Assembly: GCA_977862235.1 (NCBI GenBank)
Contig: OZ374559.1
Span: 2,046,001-2,110,000, forward strand
Source: Dudresnaya verticillata
Lineage: Eukaryota
Direction: 5' to 3'
DNA: 64,000 nt
Shown: in pieces, positions 1-12,131 of the stretch
Layout of the letters: each line of letters starts with the position of its first letter
Numbering within the stretch: position 1 is the stretch's first letter
Translations under genes and position numbers: made by a program
The notes under the pieces: model-generated
Seen by the model: only the letters and a program-made list of their open reading frames with translations
Databases searched by the model: none
Told to the model about the DNA's origin: nothing

Positions 1-517
1 CAGTTTCCAGTGTAGAACGTCTGTTTTCACTTCACCTTATTGTCCAAAATATTTTACAGACTTGCATTGGTCTTGGGACGTCAATGCGTGCACAGTACTC
101 GAAGAATTTTTCACGTTTCTGCAGTTCATTTGTCCTTCTGGACATGGCACTTTCAGTCTAGAAATTTCGTTGAAGTAAATGAGAGTCGATGGCAAACCCA
201 CAAAATGTTCATCAGGCATGAACGATGTGAAAGGTTCCTCCTCTTCGCTTAGAATCTGATTCAAATTCGTCCATCATCAGTTACTACATCTGTACTGGAA
301 AGAATAGAAAGCTGAGTGGCACGTGTTATACACGGTAAGGAGGGGCCGCGGCTAGTGCATGGCTCTAAAACCAGCTCTAAAATATCATTGACATATAGTT
401 GAATGCCTTTCCCACTAATTGCATTTCTAATAACTCAGGTTTCGTCTCGAGTTGAATGACCTAGCTATCAGAGTGCTGGTGCAAGGCCGAACCCGTCCGG
501 AATCTCTGCAAACCTTG

Positions 518-624
518 AAGGCATCTCAAAAATATTACACTCTATCTATGTCTTCTGACAATGAGAGGTCTGGCCTGAGAACAGTTATTAAAAAACGCAT
601 TGGCTACCTAATGCATTCATTGTT
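518..624 (+). repeat. Diverged direct repeat of about 105 bp, paired with 4303-4407 within each array-1 unit
   Basis: Both sites share AAGGCATCTCAAAA...TATGTCTTCTG...AATGAGAGGTCT...AGTTATT...TACCTAATGCA.TCATTGTT. Confidence 0.85.
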
Positions 625-3131
625 ATGATATGCCGATAATGTTATATTATGTTAATGGGTTTCAGCATATACGGCTGCAAAATTCCTCTGCGTTCCATTG
701 CTTTATTATATGCGACAGTTCTGGTCCGCTCTAAACAACCACTTTCGATACTAATATCATGCAAAAAACAAATGAGCAACACTGGAGACTCCTGTTGCTA
801 TGTATGAGATAGCAACCTCTATTTATGTACCTTACCAAAAAATAATGATACAATGATACATTGTATACTAAATAAGAAGATTACCAGCATCGGTGCCCAC
901 TTCTGACAGAAAATAAACGTAGCCAAAATAAGGCAAAGTCAACTCAATCTATGAACGAGACCGGGAATGATAGGGACATAGCAACGAACTTCAGATTGAA
1001 GGGCACAGTATGTTATACTACCTTGTTTTGTTATCACTGAATCTCTATAAGGGTTTCAGTCTTGCAAATGGTTGAGAGCATTATGTTCGGAGTCAGTACG
1101 GTAAGAACCATTTTCTTGAGAGTACACACAAAGAGGAATTAAAGAACTATTGCCACAAATTCACAAATTGGGGTTGGGCCTTTGCGCCACCTCTAATCCT
1201 TTTGTGCTTCATATATCTCAGCGTTCTTATCGTACGAAAATAGTTCTATTCACAGGAATTGACTGAGACAACGCATTTAGTCTATGTTGTTGTCTCGGAC
1301 ACTAGCGATGAGAATACACGTTCACTCCAAGTGCCTTACAATGCAATACGTCTACTGGGAATTCTAGAGCCCGCGGTAAACTCTTTCCGCAGCGTGCAAC
1401 AGCAACAAGCATCGAACTGAGGTGCCAGCCGTGTGAAGAGCCGTTGACAGGAAGACGGTCCGACTCGCAAGGTAGCTTTCAGCACGGAGGCGAAACGTTG
1501 CGAGTCGGGCGGAAGAGGAGGGGGGTTTCTGCCAGCATGGAGATGCGCTCGGTACGAGTGGGATCGATGGAACAATGGCGAACATGTCGATGAGGCTGAC
1601 CACTCGTTCTGGGAGGATGCCCTGAAGCTGTTGGTTACGGAGAACCTATTTTTTGCAAAAATGGCGTCAGAGAAAATGGGCGCATATGCAACCGCGGAAG
1701 AGCCCCCTGTTCTGCCTACACAACATCCGTCAGATCCTTCCTACGTCAACATCTGAATTGAAAGATACCCTCGAAGGCCCTCGAAGGTACGACATCATCG
1801 GATAAACCATTGGCTGCTGTACCATGTTGCTACCGAAGAGAGCATTGCATTGCCTTCATACACCATATCGCCCAGCTAGGTCTGTGGACAGGAAGTTTAA
1901 TTTGCGCCGTCAACGATAGTTGCTTTGTAGAAAGTTTTGGATAACGCTACGTATGTTTCAAAGTAGAAAACCCGATTTGTCGCAAACTGAAAGGCGGATA
2001 ATCATGGAAAAAAGATTCGGTACAATGTGACTTTCGCAACACAACTCCGCGTTAGATGGTATGGCCATTCTGCCAGGCTCAATACGCCTTGAGTCGACCT
2101 CGAAATTCAGTAAGTACTCCCGGCCAGAAACATCTTCTGCCAACAAACATTAGCCCTAATTCTATGAATACTGCATCTTCTACTATTCTCGGAAGAGAGG
2201 AGACTCAGAAAATCTTCTGAGACATGCTGAGTCAGGAGAAAGGGAATGATGTAGGCAATTGTAGAAGATTTCTGATCTTGACGGGTTCAATCACCACCCA
2301 TTCGCTCGTTGCAATTTTTCATGTGATGACACATGTTCTCATAGGTTTGTTATAAACCCGATCGACTCTGTCTTGTGTTCTATTTTCATCACTCTCTTCC
2401 CTGTTTGTAATAAAAACAAGTCACTTTCCTTACAACTTGCAACGTGTAGAGCCAGTAACGTTACTGCTTCAGCTGTAGACCCACATATTCAGCTCAGTGA
2501 GTATGTGCTGCAAAGCGTTTTGCTTCTATTGCCAACCCTACACGCGTAACTTGACACTCCAAACAAAGGGGCTCGCGGCTCACACTTGCGCTTTCGTTTC
2601 TCAGCCGAGGAAACGACAAGTCTCCCTAACAATCCATCCATTAAGCTCTAGAGTCTGTTTGATATAAAATTGCATCTCCTCCATTGGCCCCCTCCAAGTC
2701 CATCCGCGGAGAGAGCGTCGATCGCAATGGGGAACGATACAGTCTACGAATGAAGTTTCAACGGAATCAGAGAGTACCAGATCCATGAGAGTTGAGCATA
2801 TGCAAATTGTACTGGCCAGCATATTCTGGACCATCTGGGCTTGCAAAGTAGCAGAACGTGCAGGGTGGGTGTTTCCCTTTTCCGGGTTCCAAGAATAGAA
2901 TTGCAAACATACCAACAGAAACAATGGAGGAATAGAGGATGCCATCCAGAACGGTTTCTTCCTTTTGCAGATCGACTGAATTCACATACAGAGACGCAGT
3001 CCTGATCTTCAACTTCACTGCTTGTAGTTCGGAGGAAGCAAGACAGAAAACGATACTTAAGAAGGTGGGTGACTGCGTTCTCGCTATTGCATTGCGTTCG
3101 CAAGCCACTACTCCTCAGCCTGCCTTCCGAA

Positions 3132-3938
3132 ATGAACACGCGGTTTGTATCTATCCCGATTTTACTGCTTCTCGCAGCGGCGGTTCTGCAACCGGCGGAG
3201 TCGTACAGGAGAAAGCATGAACGTTCAGCAGTCAGGAAGAATAGGGATGACTACCTCAAATCTACCGACGAAAAGATACTTGTGCCGGCTTGTGTAGTTA
3301 TAGGAGCGATTGGTGGTGCAGTTGCGCTGCGCAATCGGGCGTTCAGGTTGGCGTCTATCAGGGCCGCTTCCGAGCTAGAGAACGCCAGTTGGCCGGTTAA
3401 GTTGGCTATTGCGGCACTGGACACGGAAGTGGTCAAGTCGGCACTGGCATGCTTCTGCCAAACGACAAACACTGTGTGCCGCGAGAATCGAAAGAAAGAG
3501 GCGTGCCTTATATGTGCCGGGGTTTGTGGTTTCGCCGAGATGCTTCCGCCGCAGGGCAGGTCGGACATCGCAGACGAGCTGAGCGCGATGGGGAGGCAAT
3601 GCGCATCCGTGCAGACTGGCAGGCAGGTTGTTGTCGGAGGATCACAAGATGCGGTATACGGATCGGTGCGGGATATTGATGACGCCAACTTTTACCGGAA
3701 CAAGGTGAACAACTACATGAAGGATCTGGCGACGAGATGCCCGCAGACCGGTGGAGATTACAGCCCGGATTGTCAGCAGTACTACTCCGGCGTGGAGGCG
3801 CGGAACAAACTGCGACAGAAAGAGTTTGAATATTGGATTCTGAACGACTATAGGGAGGTGATGAAGTCCTATTCGTGTGGGGGCGACTGTCAAGGGATGG
3901 GTGTTCCTGGCGATGGGGGAGAGAAGCCGACCGGTTAG
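3132..3938 (+). CDS. Secreted or membrane-associated 12-Cys protein A (268 aa), unknown family, copy 1
   Basis: ATG at 3132 opens a typical signal peptide (MNTRFVSIPILLLLAAAVLQPAES). The protein aligns end to end with the 259-aa minus-strand paralog, with all 12 Cys conserved. The ORF-track start at 3069 is a non-ATG codon. Confidence 0.88.
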   Translation: MNTRFVSIPILLLLAAAVLQPAESYRRKHERSAVRKNRDDYLKSTDEKILVPACVVIGAIGGAVALRNRAFRLASIRAASELENASWPVKLAIAALDTEVVKSALACFCQTTNTVCRENRKKEACLICAGVCGFAEMLPPQGRSDIADELSAMGRQCASVQTGRQVVVGGSQDAVYGSVRDIDDANFYRNKVNNYMKDLATRCPQTGGDYSPDCQQYYSGVEARNKLRQKEFEYWILNDYREVMKSYSCGGDCQGMGVPGDGGEKPTG

Positions 3939-4164
3939 TCGAGCAACTGTGATCCTCGGCGGAGCCCATTCCTTGAGTACACAATGGGCCTGCGTTATAC
4001 GGAGAGGGGCTACTCTCACGGGGAGCATGGAAACTCCTATGGGAAGTACGTGCAGCATCCAGCATAGGATTGCCACCGGGACGGGAGTAGCCCGCTCTGA
4101 GCTTTAGTAAATTGTTGCGTGCGTTTGCCAAGAATGCTTCTTCCGTGACACCGCAGCCCCCGCT

Positions 4165-4299
4165 ACAACGGGCTACATCTCTGCGAGAGTACACGCGAGA
4201 CGGCGACGCGTATATTGTAGATGGCGGTGCTGCGCTTCCTTCTCGAACGAAATCGCATCGAACGTCTTCACCAGACACACCGTGGTATTGCGTCTCGCA
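4165..4299 (+). repeat. Dispersed repeat of about 135 bp shared with single-copy region 29622-29759
   Basis: ACAACGGGCTACATCTCTGCGAGAGTAC.CGCGAGACGGCGACGCGTATATTGTAGATGGCGGTGCT.CGCTTCCTTCTCGAACGAAA.CGCATCGAACGTCT occurs at both sites with few mismatches. Confidence 0.92.
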
Positions 4300-5084
4300 A
4301 GCAAGGCATCTCAAAAGGACTCCAACGTATGTCTTCTGCAAAATGAGAGGTCTAGCCAGAGAATAGTTATTCAAGTAACGTGTTAGTTACCTAATGCAGT
4401 CATTGTTGGCAATGGCGGTGTCGACCGTGATGAGTTTTCACGGACCCCTAGCTGGTTTCAGGATTTCGGGATGATATCATACAATGGCCTGTTTTAAGCG
4501 TCACTTCTCCCGGACGCTACCAGAGTCCAGTAGCACCGACATACACCCAATACAATACTGGGCTTCTAAACCCATGCTCCGCTAACCCCGAGTTTCAAAA
4601 TCACAATCCCATTTCCACCAGACTTGTGAGACCTCCATCCAATTTAGACATCACTGTAGAAAACAATGATGATGGAGACCTTTATGCATAGGAAAGTCCA
4701 AAGTAGTGAAGGCCCAGTATAAAACAAAAACGTATGGCCTCAGTTGTGAATCAGTACGGGAAAGGGGGTAGCCCGTAATGTTAACCTGAAGAAGGCATGC
4801 AAAAGAAAATCAGTATCACTGAAACAAGACCATCAAGAGTAAACATTCTGTCCGTGTATTTCAACATGTTCCATATAATGGAATAAGCGTTCTCTTTTTC
4901 TTGTTGCAGAGAATTGGTAGATCAAATGTATGATGCTAAACTTTGTTGTTTACGATTGCAACAGGAATAGAATCCGCCAGCATTGGCAATGGGTGGCCTA
5001 GAGCCACTGCCTTGTTCATCAAGGTATATTCTTATTATTCTTATACTGTATGCCTTGCATACGCCCTAGTTGTGTCAAGTTGCC

Positions 5085-5864
5085 CTACTGGCATTGGGAA
5101 TTGCACTTGTAGTGCTTTAGTAGAGCATTCATATCCGCCTTCATCAGTGACAAATACTTTGCGACGCGCACTTTATCGCGATCCTCTGACAGCTTCCCGC
5201 AAAGATCCACACTGTATGCCCCACCACTCTCGTTACACTTTTGGTTCAAGTGATAGATGAAATGTTCCACCCTTGCCGTGTACCACTCAACGCTACCTTG
5301 ACTGTTGACTACGCGAACAGTCGCAGCGCTCTCCACAATCACGTTGCTAGCGGCCGTAGGGCCTTGAAGAATTTGCTTGCCGTTTGTGCGGATTCCTGTG
5401 CATTCGTCCGCTCGATCGATCATCGCAAGGCTCTCCATCATATTCCCGTTCACAGGGTAAGAAGAAGCCACGGAACATGCGGTTGTGCACACGTGGCAAA
5501 CAGTAGCAGTTCGGGTTGCTCCGCATTCTGCGTACGACGCGTTACAGAAGCACCGGAGCAACCTCCGGCCTGGGTCAGTGTTGAGAGCGGCAAATGCCAA
5601 CCGTACCAGACGATTCTGGGCTGCGGCAGCTGCCACCAAGCGTAGCCCCCGAATTCGGAAAGCGAACAGTCCTCCGACGGCCACAGCCACTAAGCACACG
5701 GCTACGGCGTTCTTTTCCTGAGGGGTCTTGAGGTAGTCTGGCTTCTGCTCTACGGCAACGCTATCGTGCCTGGTCTTTGCGGATGCGATGGGTTGAATCA
5801 GCACCGCCACGAACAACATGAGCAGCGGAACAGTGGAAAGGGTTTTGGACATCATGACAGCCAT
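5085..5864 (-). CDS. Secreted or membrane-associated 12-Cys protein B (259 aa), paralog of A, copy 1
   Basis: Signal peptide (MAVMMSKTLSTVPLLMLFVAVLIQPIASA). Shares the DYLK(S/T)xxEK, LAxAALxT, CFC, CxxCxxxC, CxxxGGxYSxD and YxCxxxCQ motifs with protein A. The start could be any of the first three Met codons. Confidence 0.88.
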   Translation of the reverse strand: MAVMMSKTLSTVPLLMLFVAVLIQPIASAKTRHDSVAVEQKPDYLKTPQEKNAVAVCLVAVAVGGLFAFRIRGLRLVAAAAAQNRLVRLAFAALNTDPGRRLLRCFCNASYAECGATRTATVCHVCTTACSVASSYPVNGNMMESLAMIDRADECTGIRTNGKQILQGPTAASNVIVESAATVRVVNSQGSVEWYTARVEHFIYHLNQKCNESGGAYSVDLCGKLSEDRDKVRVAKYLSLMKADMNALLKHYKCNSQCQ

Positions 5865-5868
5865 TGCA

Positions 5869-5917
5869 GTGTGTGTTTGTGTGTGTGTGTGTGTGTGTAT
5901 GTGTGTGTGTGTGTGTG
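5869..5917. repeat. Interrupted (GT)n microsatellite directly upstream of gene B (one per unit)
   Basis: Directly visible. Copy 2 (near 12916-12966) has one extra GT, making that unit 7049 bp. Confidence 0.95.
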
Positions 5918-8900
5918 GGAGGGGGTCAAAATCGTATTACCAGTGCTCACGATGTAGTGGAGCAAGTTGCTTGGTAGCTTTCTGGGCGGACTGTTGATGT
6001 GATGGATCGTGATATTCATAGCCGCAAGTTGTTGCTTTACAATATATACCACTAGGAAGAGCAAGTGCAGGAAGCGGTATGGTGGTATGGTGTTCAACCA
6101 GGAGAACTACCACGTTGTAGTGTAGAAAACGGGGCCCGCTTTGTGGTCTACTCAGTTTAGGATCAGTTCTTTGAAAAGGGGAAGATACGCCTATGGCGTA
6201 GGGGTGAAGTGAGGGCTATGGCATTTGCCGATGAAGGAGTCTTTTCCGGAAGAGTTGTGGGAATGTTTGTATGGGTTTGATTGGTTGAAGGGCGCAAAGT
6301 ATTATTTAGATGAACATTTGTGTTTTTTGTTGCCATCGCAATCGGCTCCTCCTGTGCGAAGGGCGGAGCTCCGACACGTCGCCGATTCACTCCCAACCTC
6401 CCAATTTTCAAAGAGCCCCTTTATCCTCGACAAGACACTCCGCACAGCTCTTCGCCTACGCCAAATGTTGCGCAGTGCATTGAGCACTGCTGCATCCCGC
6501 GAATCTGTGTCCTTCTGTCCTTGGTAGGCCCATATTTGTTGGCTGCAAAGCTCCCATGCATTGTGTGTTCAAAGCGTAAAGCTTCGTAGTGACTGCAGCG
6601 CAGTTATAGCTTTTCGACATAATCCATGTCCTTCAAACACACTGATTCCCGTAATAGATTTCCGCCCTTCTCCTAGCAACATCACCTTAGGATGATGATC
6701 ACAAACTGGGCTACACATGTGGAGACACATAGAGGTGAGCTCTCTCACCTGAGAGATACTATTTTTTCTGTGGGATCCTCGGAAACGTTTTCTGCCTCAT
6801 ACACAGTAATTCAGTGGAAATCTGGATGTCACCGTACCAGTTCTGGCAATCTTTCTCGGCTGCTTAGATTCTTGACGCATATTAAGGCGATACTCCTAGA
6901 TTCTTTTGCATAGGCGTTTAGAGATGCGAAGCGCTAGATTTTACAGAGGAGTGCCTCCTCCTTGGTTATTGCTTCGGGGGAATCATGTATGTATAAATAG
7001 AGGCTGTCTGCAACCACATAGCTAACTTCAAAGTTTCCAAGCGTTAACAGTTTCCAGTGTAGAACGTCTGTTTTCACTTCACCTTATTGTCCAAAATATT
7101 TTACAGACTTGCATTGGTCTTGGGACGTCAATGCGTGCACAGTACTCGAAGAATTTTTCACGTTTCTGCAGTTCATTTGTCCTTCTGGACATGGCACTTT
7201 CAGTCTAGAAATTTCGTTGAAGTAAATGAGAGTCGATGGCAAACCCACAAAATGTTCATCAGGCATGAACGATGTGAAAGGTTCCTCCTCTTCGCTTAGA
7301 ATCTGATTCAAATTCGTCCATCATCAGTTACTACATCTGTACTGGAAAGAATAGAAAGCTGAGTGGCACGTGTTATACACGGTAAGGAGGGGCCGCGGCT
7401 AGTGCATGGCTCTAAAACCAGCTCTAAAATATCATTGACATATAGTTGAATGCCTTTCCCACTAATTGCATTTCTAATAACTCAGGTTTCGTCTCGAGTT
7501 GAATGACCTAGCTATCAGAGTGCTGGTGCAAGGCCGAACCCGTCCGGAATCTCTGCAAACCTTGAAGGCATCTCAAAAATATTACACTCTATCTATGTCT
7601 TCTGACAATGAGAGGTCTGGCCTGAGAACAGTTATTAAAAAACGCATTGGCTACCTAATGCATTCATTGTTATGATATGCCGATAATGTTATATTATGTT
7701 AATGGGTTTCAGCATATACGGCTGCAAAATTCCTCTGCGTTCCATTGCTTTATTATATGCGACAGTTCTGGTCCGCTCTAAACAACCACTTTCGATACTA
7801 ATATCATGCAAAAAACAAATGAGCAACACTGGAGACTCCTGTTGCTATGTATGAGATAGCAACCTCTATTTATGTACCTTACCAAAAAATAATGATACAA
7901 TGATACATTGTATACTAAATAAGAAGATTACCAGCATCGGTGCCCACTTCTGACAGAAAATAAACGTAGCCAAAATAAGGCAAAGTCAACTCAATCTATG
8001 AACGAGACCGGGAATGATAGGGACATAGCAACGAACTTCAGATTGAAGGGCACAGTATGTTATACTACCTTGTTTTGTTATCACTGAATCTCTATAAGGG
8101 TTTCAGTCTTGCAAATGGTTGAGAGCATTATGTTCGGAGTCAGTACGGTAAGAACCATTTTCTTGAGAGTACACACAAAGAGGAATTAAAGAACTATTGC
8201 CACAAATTCACAAATTGGGGTTGGGCCTTTGCGCCACCTCTAATCCTTTTGTGCTTCATATATCTCAGCGTTCTTATCGTACGAAAATAGTTCTATTCAC
8301 AGGAATTGACTGAGACAACGCATTTAGTCTATGTTGTTGTCTCGGACACTAGCGATGAGAATACACGTTCACTCCAAGTGCCTTACAATGCAATACGTCT
8401 ACTGGGAATTCTAGAGCCCGCGGTAAACTCTTTCCGCAGCGTGCAACAGCAACAAGCATCGAACTGAGGTGCCAGCCGTGTGAAGAGCCGTTGACAGGAA
8501 GACGGTCCGACTCGCAAGGTAGCTTTCAGCACGGAGGCGAAACGTTGCGAGTCGGGCGGAAGAGGAGGGGGGTTTCTGCCAGCATGGAGATGCGCTCGGT
8601 ACGAGTGGGATCGATGGAACAATGGCGAACATGTCGATGAGGCTGACCACTCGTTCTGGGAGGATGCCCTGAAGCTGTTGGTTACGGAGAACCTATTTTT
8701 TGCAAAAATGGCGTCAGAGAAAATGGGCGCATATGCAACCGCGGAAGAGCCCCCTGTTCTGCCTACACAACATCCGTCAGATCCTTCCTACGTCAACATC
8801 TGAATTGAAAGATACCCTCGAAGGCCCTCGAAGGTACGACATCATCGGATAAACCATTGGCTGCTGTACCATGTTGCTACCGAAGAGAGCATTGCATTGC

Positions 8901-10178
8901 CTTCATACACCATATCGCCCAGCTAGGTCTGTGGACAGGAAGTTTAATTTGCGCCGTCAACGATAGTTGCTTTGTAGAAAGTTTTGGATAACGCTACGTA
9001 TGTTTCAAAGTAGAAAACCCGATTTGTCGCAAACTGAAAGGCGGATAATCATGGAAAAAAGATTCGGTACAATGTGACTTTCGCAACACAACTCCGCGTT
9101 AGATGGTATGGCCATTCTGCCAGGCTCAATACGCCTTGAGTCGACCTCGAAATTCAGTAAGTACTCCCGGCCAGAAACATCTTCTGCCAACAAACATTAG
9201 CCCTAATTCTATGAATACTGCATCTTCTACTATTCTCGGAAGAGAGGAGACTCAGAAAATCTTCTGAGACATGCTGAGTCAGGAGAAAGGGAATGATGTA
9301 GGCAATTGTAGAAGATTTCTGATCTTGACGGGTTCAATCACCACCCATTCGCTCGTTGCAATTTTTCATGTGATGACACATGTTCTCATAGGTTTGTTAT
9401 AAACCCGATCGACTCTGTCTTGTGTTCTATTTTCATCACTCTCTTCCCTGTTTGTAATAAAAACAAGTCACTTTCCTTACAACTTGCAACGTGTAGAGCC
9501 AGTAACGTTACTGCTTCAGCTGTAGACCCACATATTCAGCTCAGTGAGTATGTGCTGCAAAGCGTTTTGCTTCTATTGCCAACCCTACACGCGTAACTTG
9601 ACACTCCAAACAAAGGGGCTCGCGGCTCACACTTGCGCTTTCGTTTCTCAGCCGAGGAAACGACAAGTCTCCCTAACAATCCATCCATTAAGCTCTAGAG
9701 TCTGTTTGATATAAAATTGCATCTCCTCCATTGGCCCCCTCCAAGTCCATCCGCGGAGAGAGCGTCGATCGCAATGGGGAACGATACAGTCTACGAATGA
9801 AGTTTCAACGGAATCAGAGAGTACCAGATCCATGAGAGTTGAGCATATGCAAATTGTACTGGCCAGCATATTCTGGACCATCTGGGCTTGCAAAGTAGCA
9901 GAACGTGCAGGGTGGGTGTTTCCCTTTTCCGGGTTCCAAGAATAGAATTGCAAACATACCAACAGAAACAATGGAGGAATAGAGGATGCCATCCAGAACG
10001 GTTTCTTCCTTTTGCAGATCGACTGAATTCACATACAGAGACGCAGTCCTGATCTTCAACTTCACTGCTTGTAGTTCGGAGGAAGCAAGACAGAAAACGA
10101 TACTTAAGAAGGTGGGTGACTGCGTTCTCGCTATTGCATTGCGTTCGCAAGCCACTACTCCTCAGCCTGCCTTCCGAA

Positions 10179-10985
10179 ATGAACACGCGGTTTGTATCTA
10201 TCCCGATTTTACTGCTTCTCGCAGCGGCGGTTCTGCAACCGGCGGAGTCGTACAGGAGAAAGCATGAACGTTCAGCAGTCAGGAAGAATAGGGATGACTA
10301 CCTCAAATCTACCGACGAAAAGATACTTGTGCCGGCTTGTGTAGTTATAGGAGCGATTGGTGGTGCAGTTGCGCTGCGCAATCGGGCGTTCAGGTTGGCG
10401 TCTATCAGGGCCGCTTCCGAGCTAGAGAACGCCAGTTGGCCGGTTAAGTTGGCTATTGCGGCACTGGACACGGAAGTGGTCAAGTCGGCACTGGCATGCT
10501 TCTGCCAAACGACAAACACTGTGTGCCGCGAGAATCGAAAGAAAGAGGCGTGCCTTATATGTGCCGGGGTTTGTGGTTTCGCCGAGATGCTTCCGCCGCA
10601 GGGCAGGTCGGACATCGCAGACGAGCTGAGCGCGATGGGGAGGCAATGCGCATCCGTGCAGACTGGCAGGCAGGTTGTTGTCGGAGGATCACAAGATGCG
10701 GTATACGGATCGGTGCGGGATATTGATGACGCCAACTTTTACCGGAACAAGGTGAACAACTACATGAAGGATCTGGCGACGAGATGCCCGCAGACCGGTG
10801 GAGATTACAGCCCGGATTGTCAGCAGTACTACTCCGGCGTGGAGGCGCGGAACAAACTGCGACAGAAAGAGTTTGAATATTGGATTCTGAACGACTATAG
10901 GGAGGTGATGAAGTCCTATTCGTGTGGGGGCGACTGTCAAGGGATGGGTGTTCCTGGCGATGGGGGAGAGAAGCCGACCGGTTAG
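10179..10985 (+). CDS. 12-Cys protein A, copy 2
   Basis: Translation identical to copy 1. Confidence 0.88.
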   Translation: MNTRFVSIPILLLLAAAVLQPAESYRRKHERSAVRKNRDDYLKSTDEKILVPACVVIGAIGGAVALRNRAFRLASIRAASELENASWPVKLAIAALDTEVVKSALACFCQTTNTVCRENRKKEACLICAGVCGFAEMLPPQGRSDIADELSAMGRQCASVQTGRQVVVGGSQDAVYGSVRDIDDANFYRNKVNNYMKDLATRCPQTGGDYSPDCQQYYSGVEARNKLRQKEFEYWILNDYREVMKSYSCGGDCQGMGVPGDGGEKPTG

Positions 10986-12131
10986 TCGAGCAACTGTGAT
11001 CCTCGGCGGAGCCCATTCCTTGAGTACACAATGGGCCTGCGTTATACGGAGAGGGGCTACTCTCACGGGGAGCATGGAAACTCCTATGGGAAGTACGTGC
11101 AGCATCCAGCATAGGATTGCCACCGGGACGGGAGTAGCCCGCTCTGAGCTTTAGTAAATTGTTGCGTGCGTTTGCCAAGAATGCTTCTTCCGTGACACCG
11201 CAGCCCCCGCTACAACGGGCTACATCTCTGCGAGAGTACACGCGAGACGGCGACGCGTATATTGTAGATGGCGGTGCTGCGCTTCCTTCTCGAACGAAAT
11301 CGCATCGAACGTCTTCACCAGACACACCGTGGTATTGCGTCTCGCAAGCAAGGCATCTCAAAAGGACTCCAACGTATGTCTTCTGCAAAATGAGAGGTCT
11401 AGCCAGAGAATAGTTATTCAAGTAACGTGTTAGTTACCTAATGCAGTCATTGTTGGCAATGGCGGTGTCGACCGTGATGAGTTTTCACGGACCCCTAGCT
11501 GGTTTCAGGATTTCGGGATGATATCATACAATGGCCTGTTTTAAGCGTCACTTCTCCCGGACGCTACCAGAGTCCAGTAGCACCGACATACACCCAATAC
11601 AATACTGGGCTTCTAAACCCATGCTCCGCTAACCCCGAGTTTCAAAATCACAATCCCATTTCCACCAGACTTGTGAGACCTCCATCCAATTTAGACATCA
11701 CTGTAGAAAACAATGATGATGGAGACCTTTATGCATAGGAAAGTCCAAAGTAGTGAAGGCCCAGTATAAAACAAAAACGTATGGCCTCAGTTGTGAATCA
11801 GTACGGGAAAGGGGGTAGCCCGTAATGTTAACCTGAAGAAGGCATGCAAAAGAAAATCAGTATCACTGAAACAAGACCATCAAGAGTAAACATTCTGTCC
11901 GTGTATTTCAACATGTTCCATATAATGGAATAAGCGTTCTCTTTTTCTTGTTGCAGAGAATTGGTAGATCAAATGTATGATGCTAAACTTTGTTGTTTAC
12001 GATTGCAACAGGAATAGAATCCGCCAGCATTGGCAATGGGTGGCCTAGAGCCACTGCCTTGTTCATCAAGGTATATTCTTATTATTCTTATACTGTATGC
12101 CTTGCATACGCCCTAGTTGTGTCAAGTTGCC

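Noticed and set aside
3508..4374. 288-aa minus-strand ORF (and its repeats)
   Set aside because: It is antisense to gene A, runs through the mosaic repeat and has no recognisable motifs.
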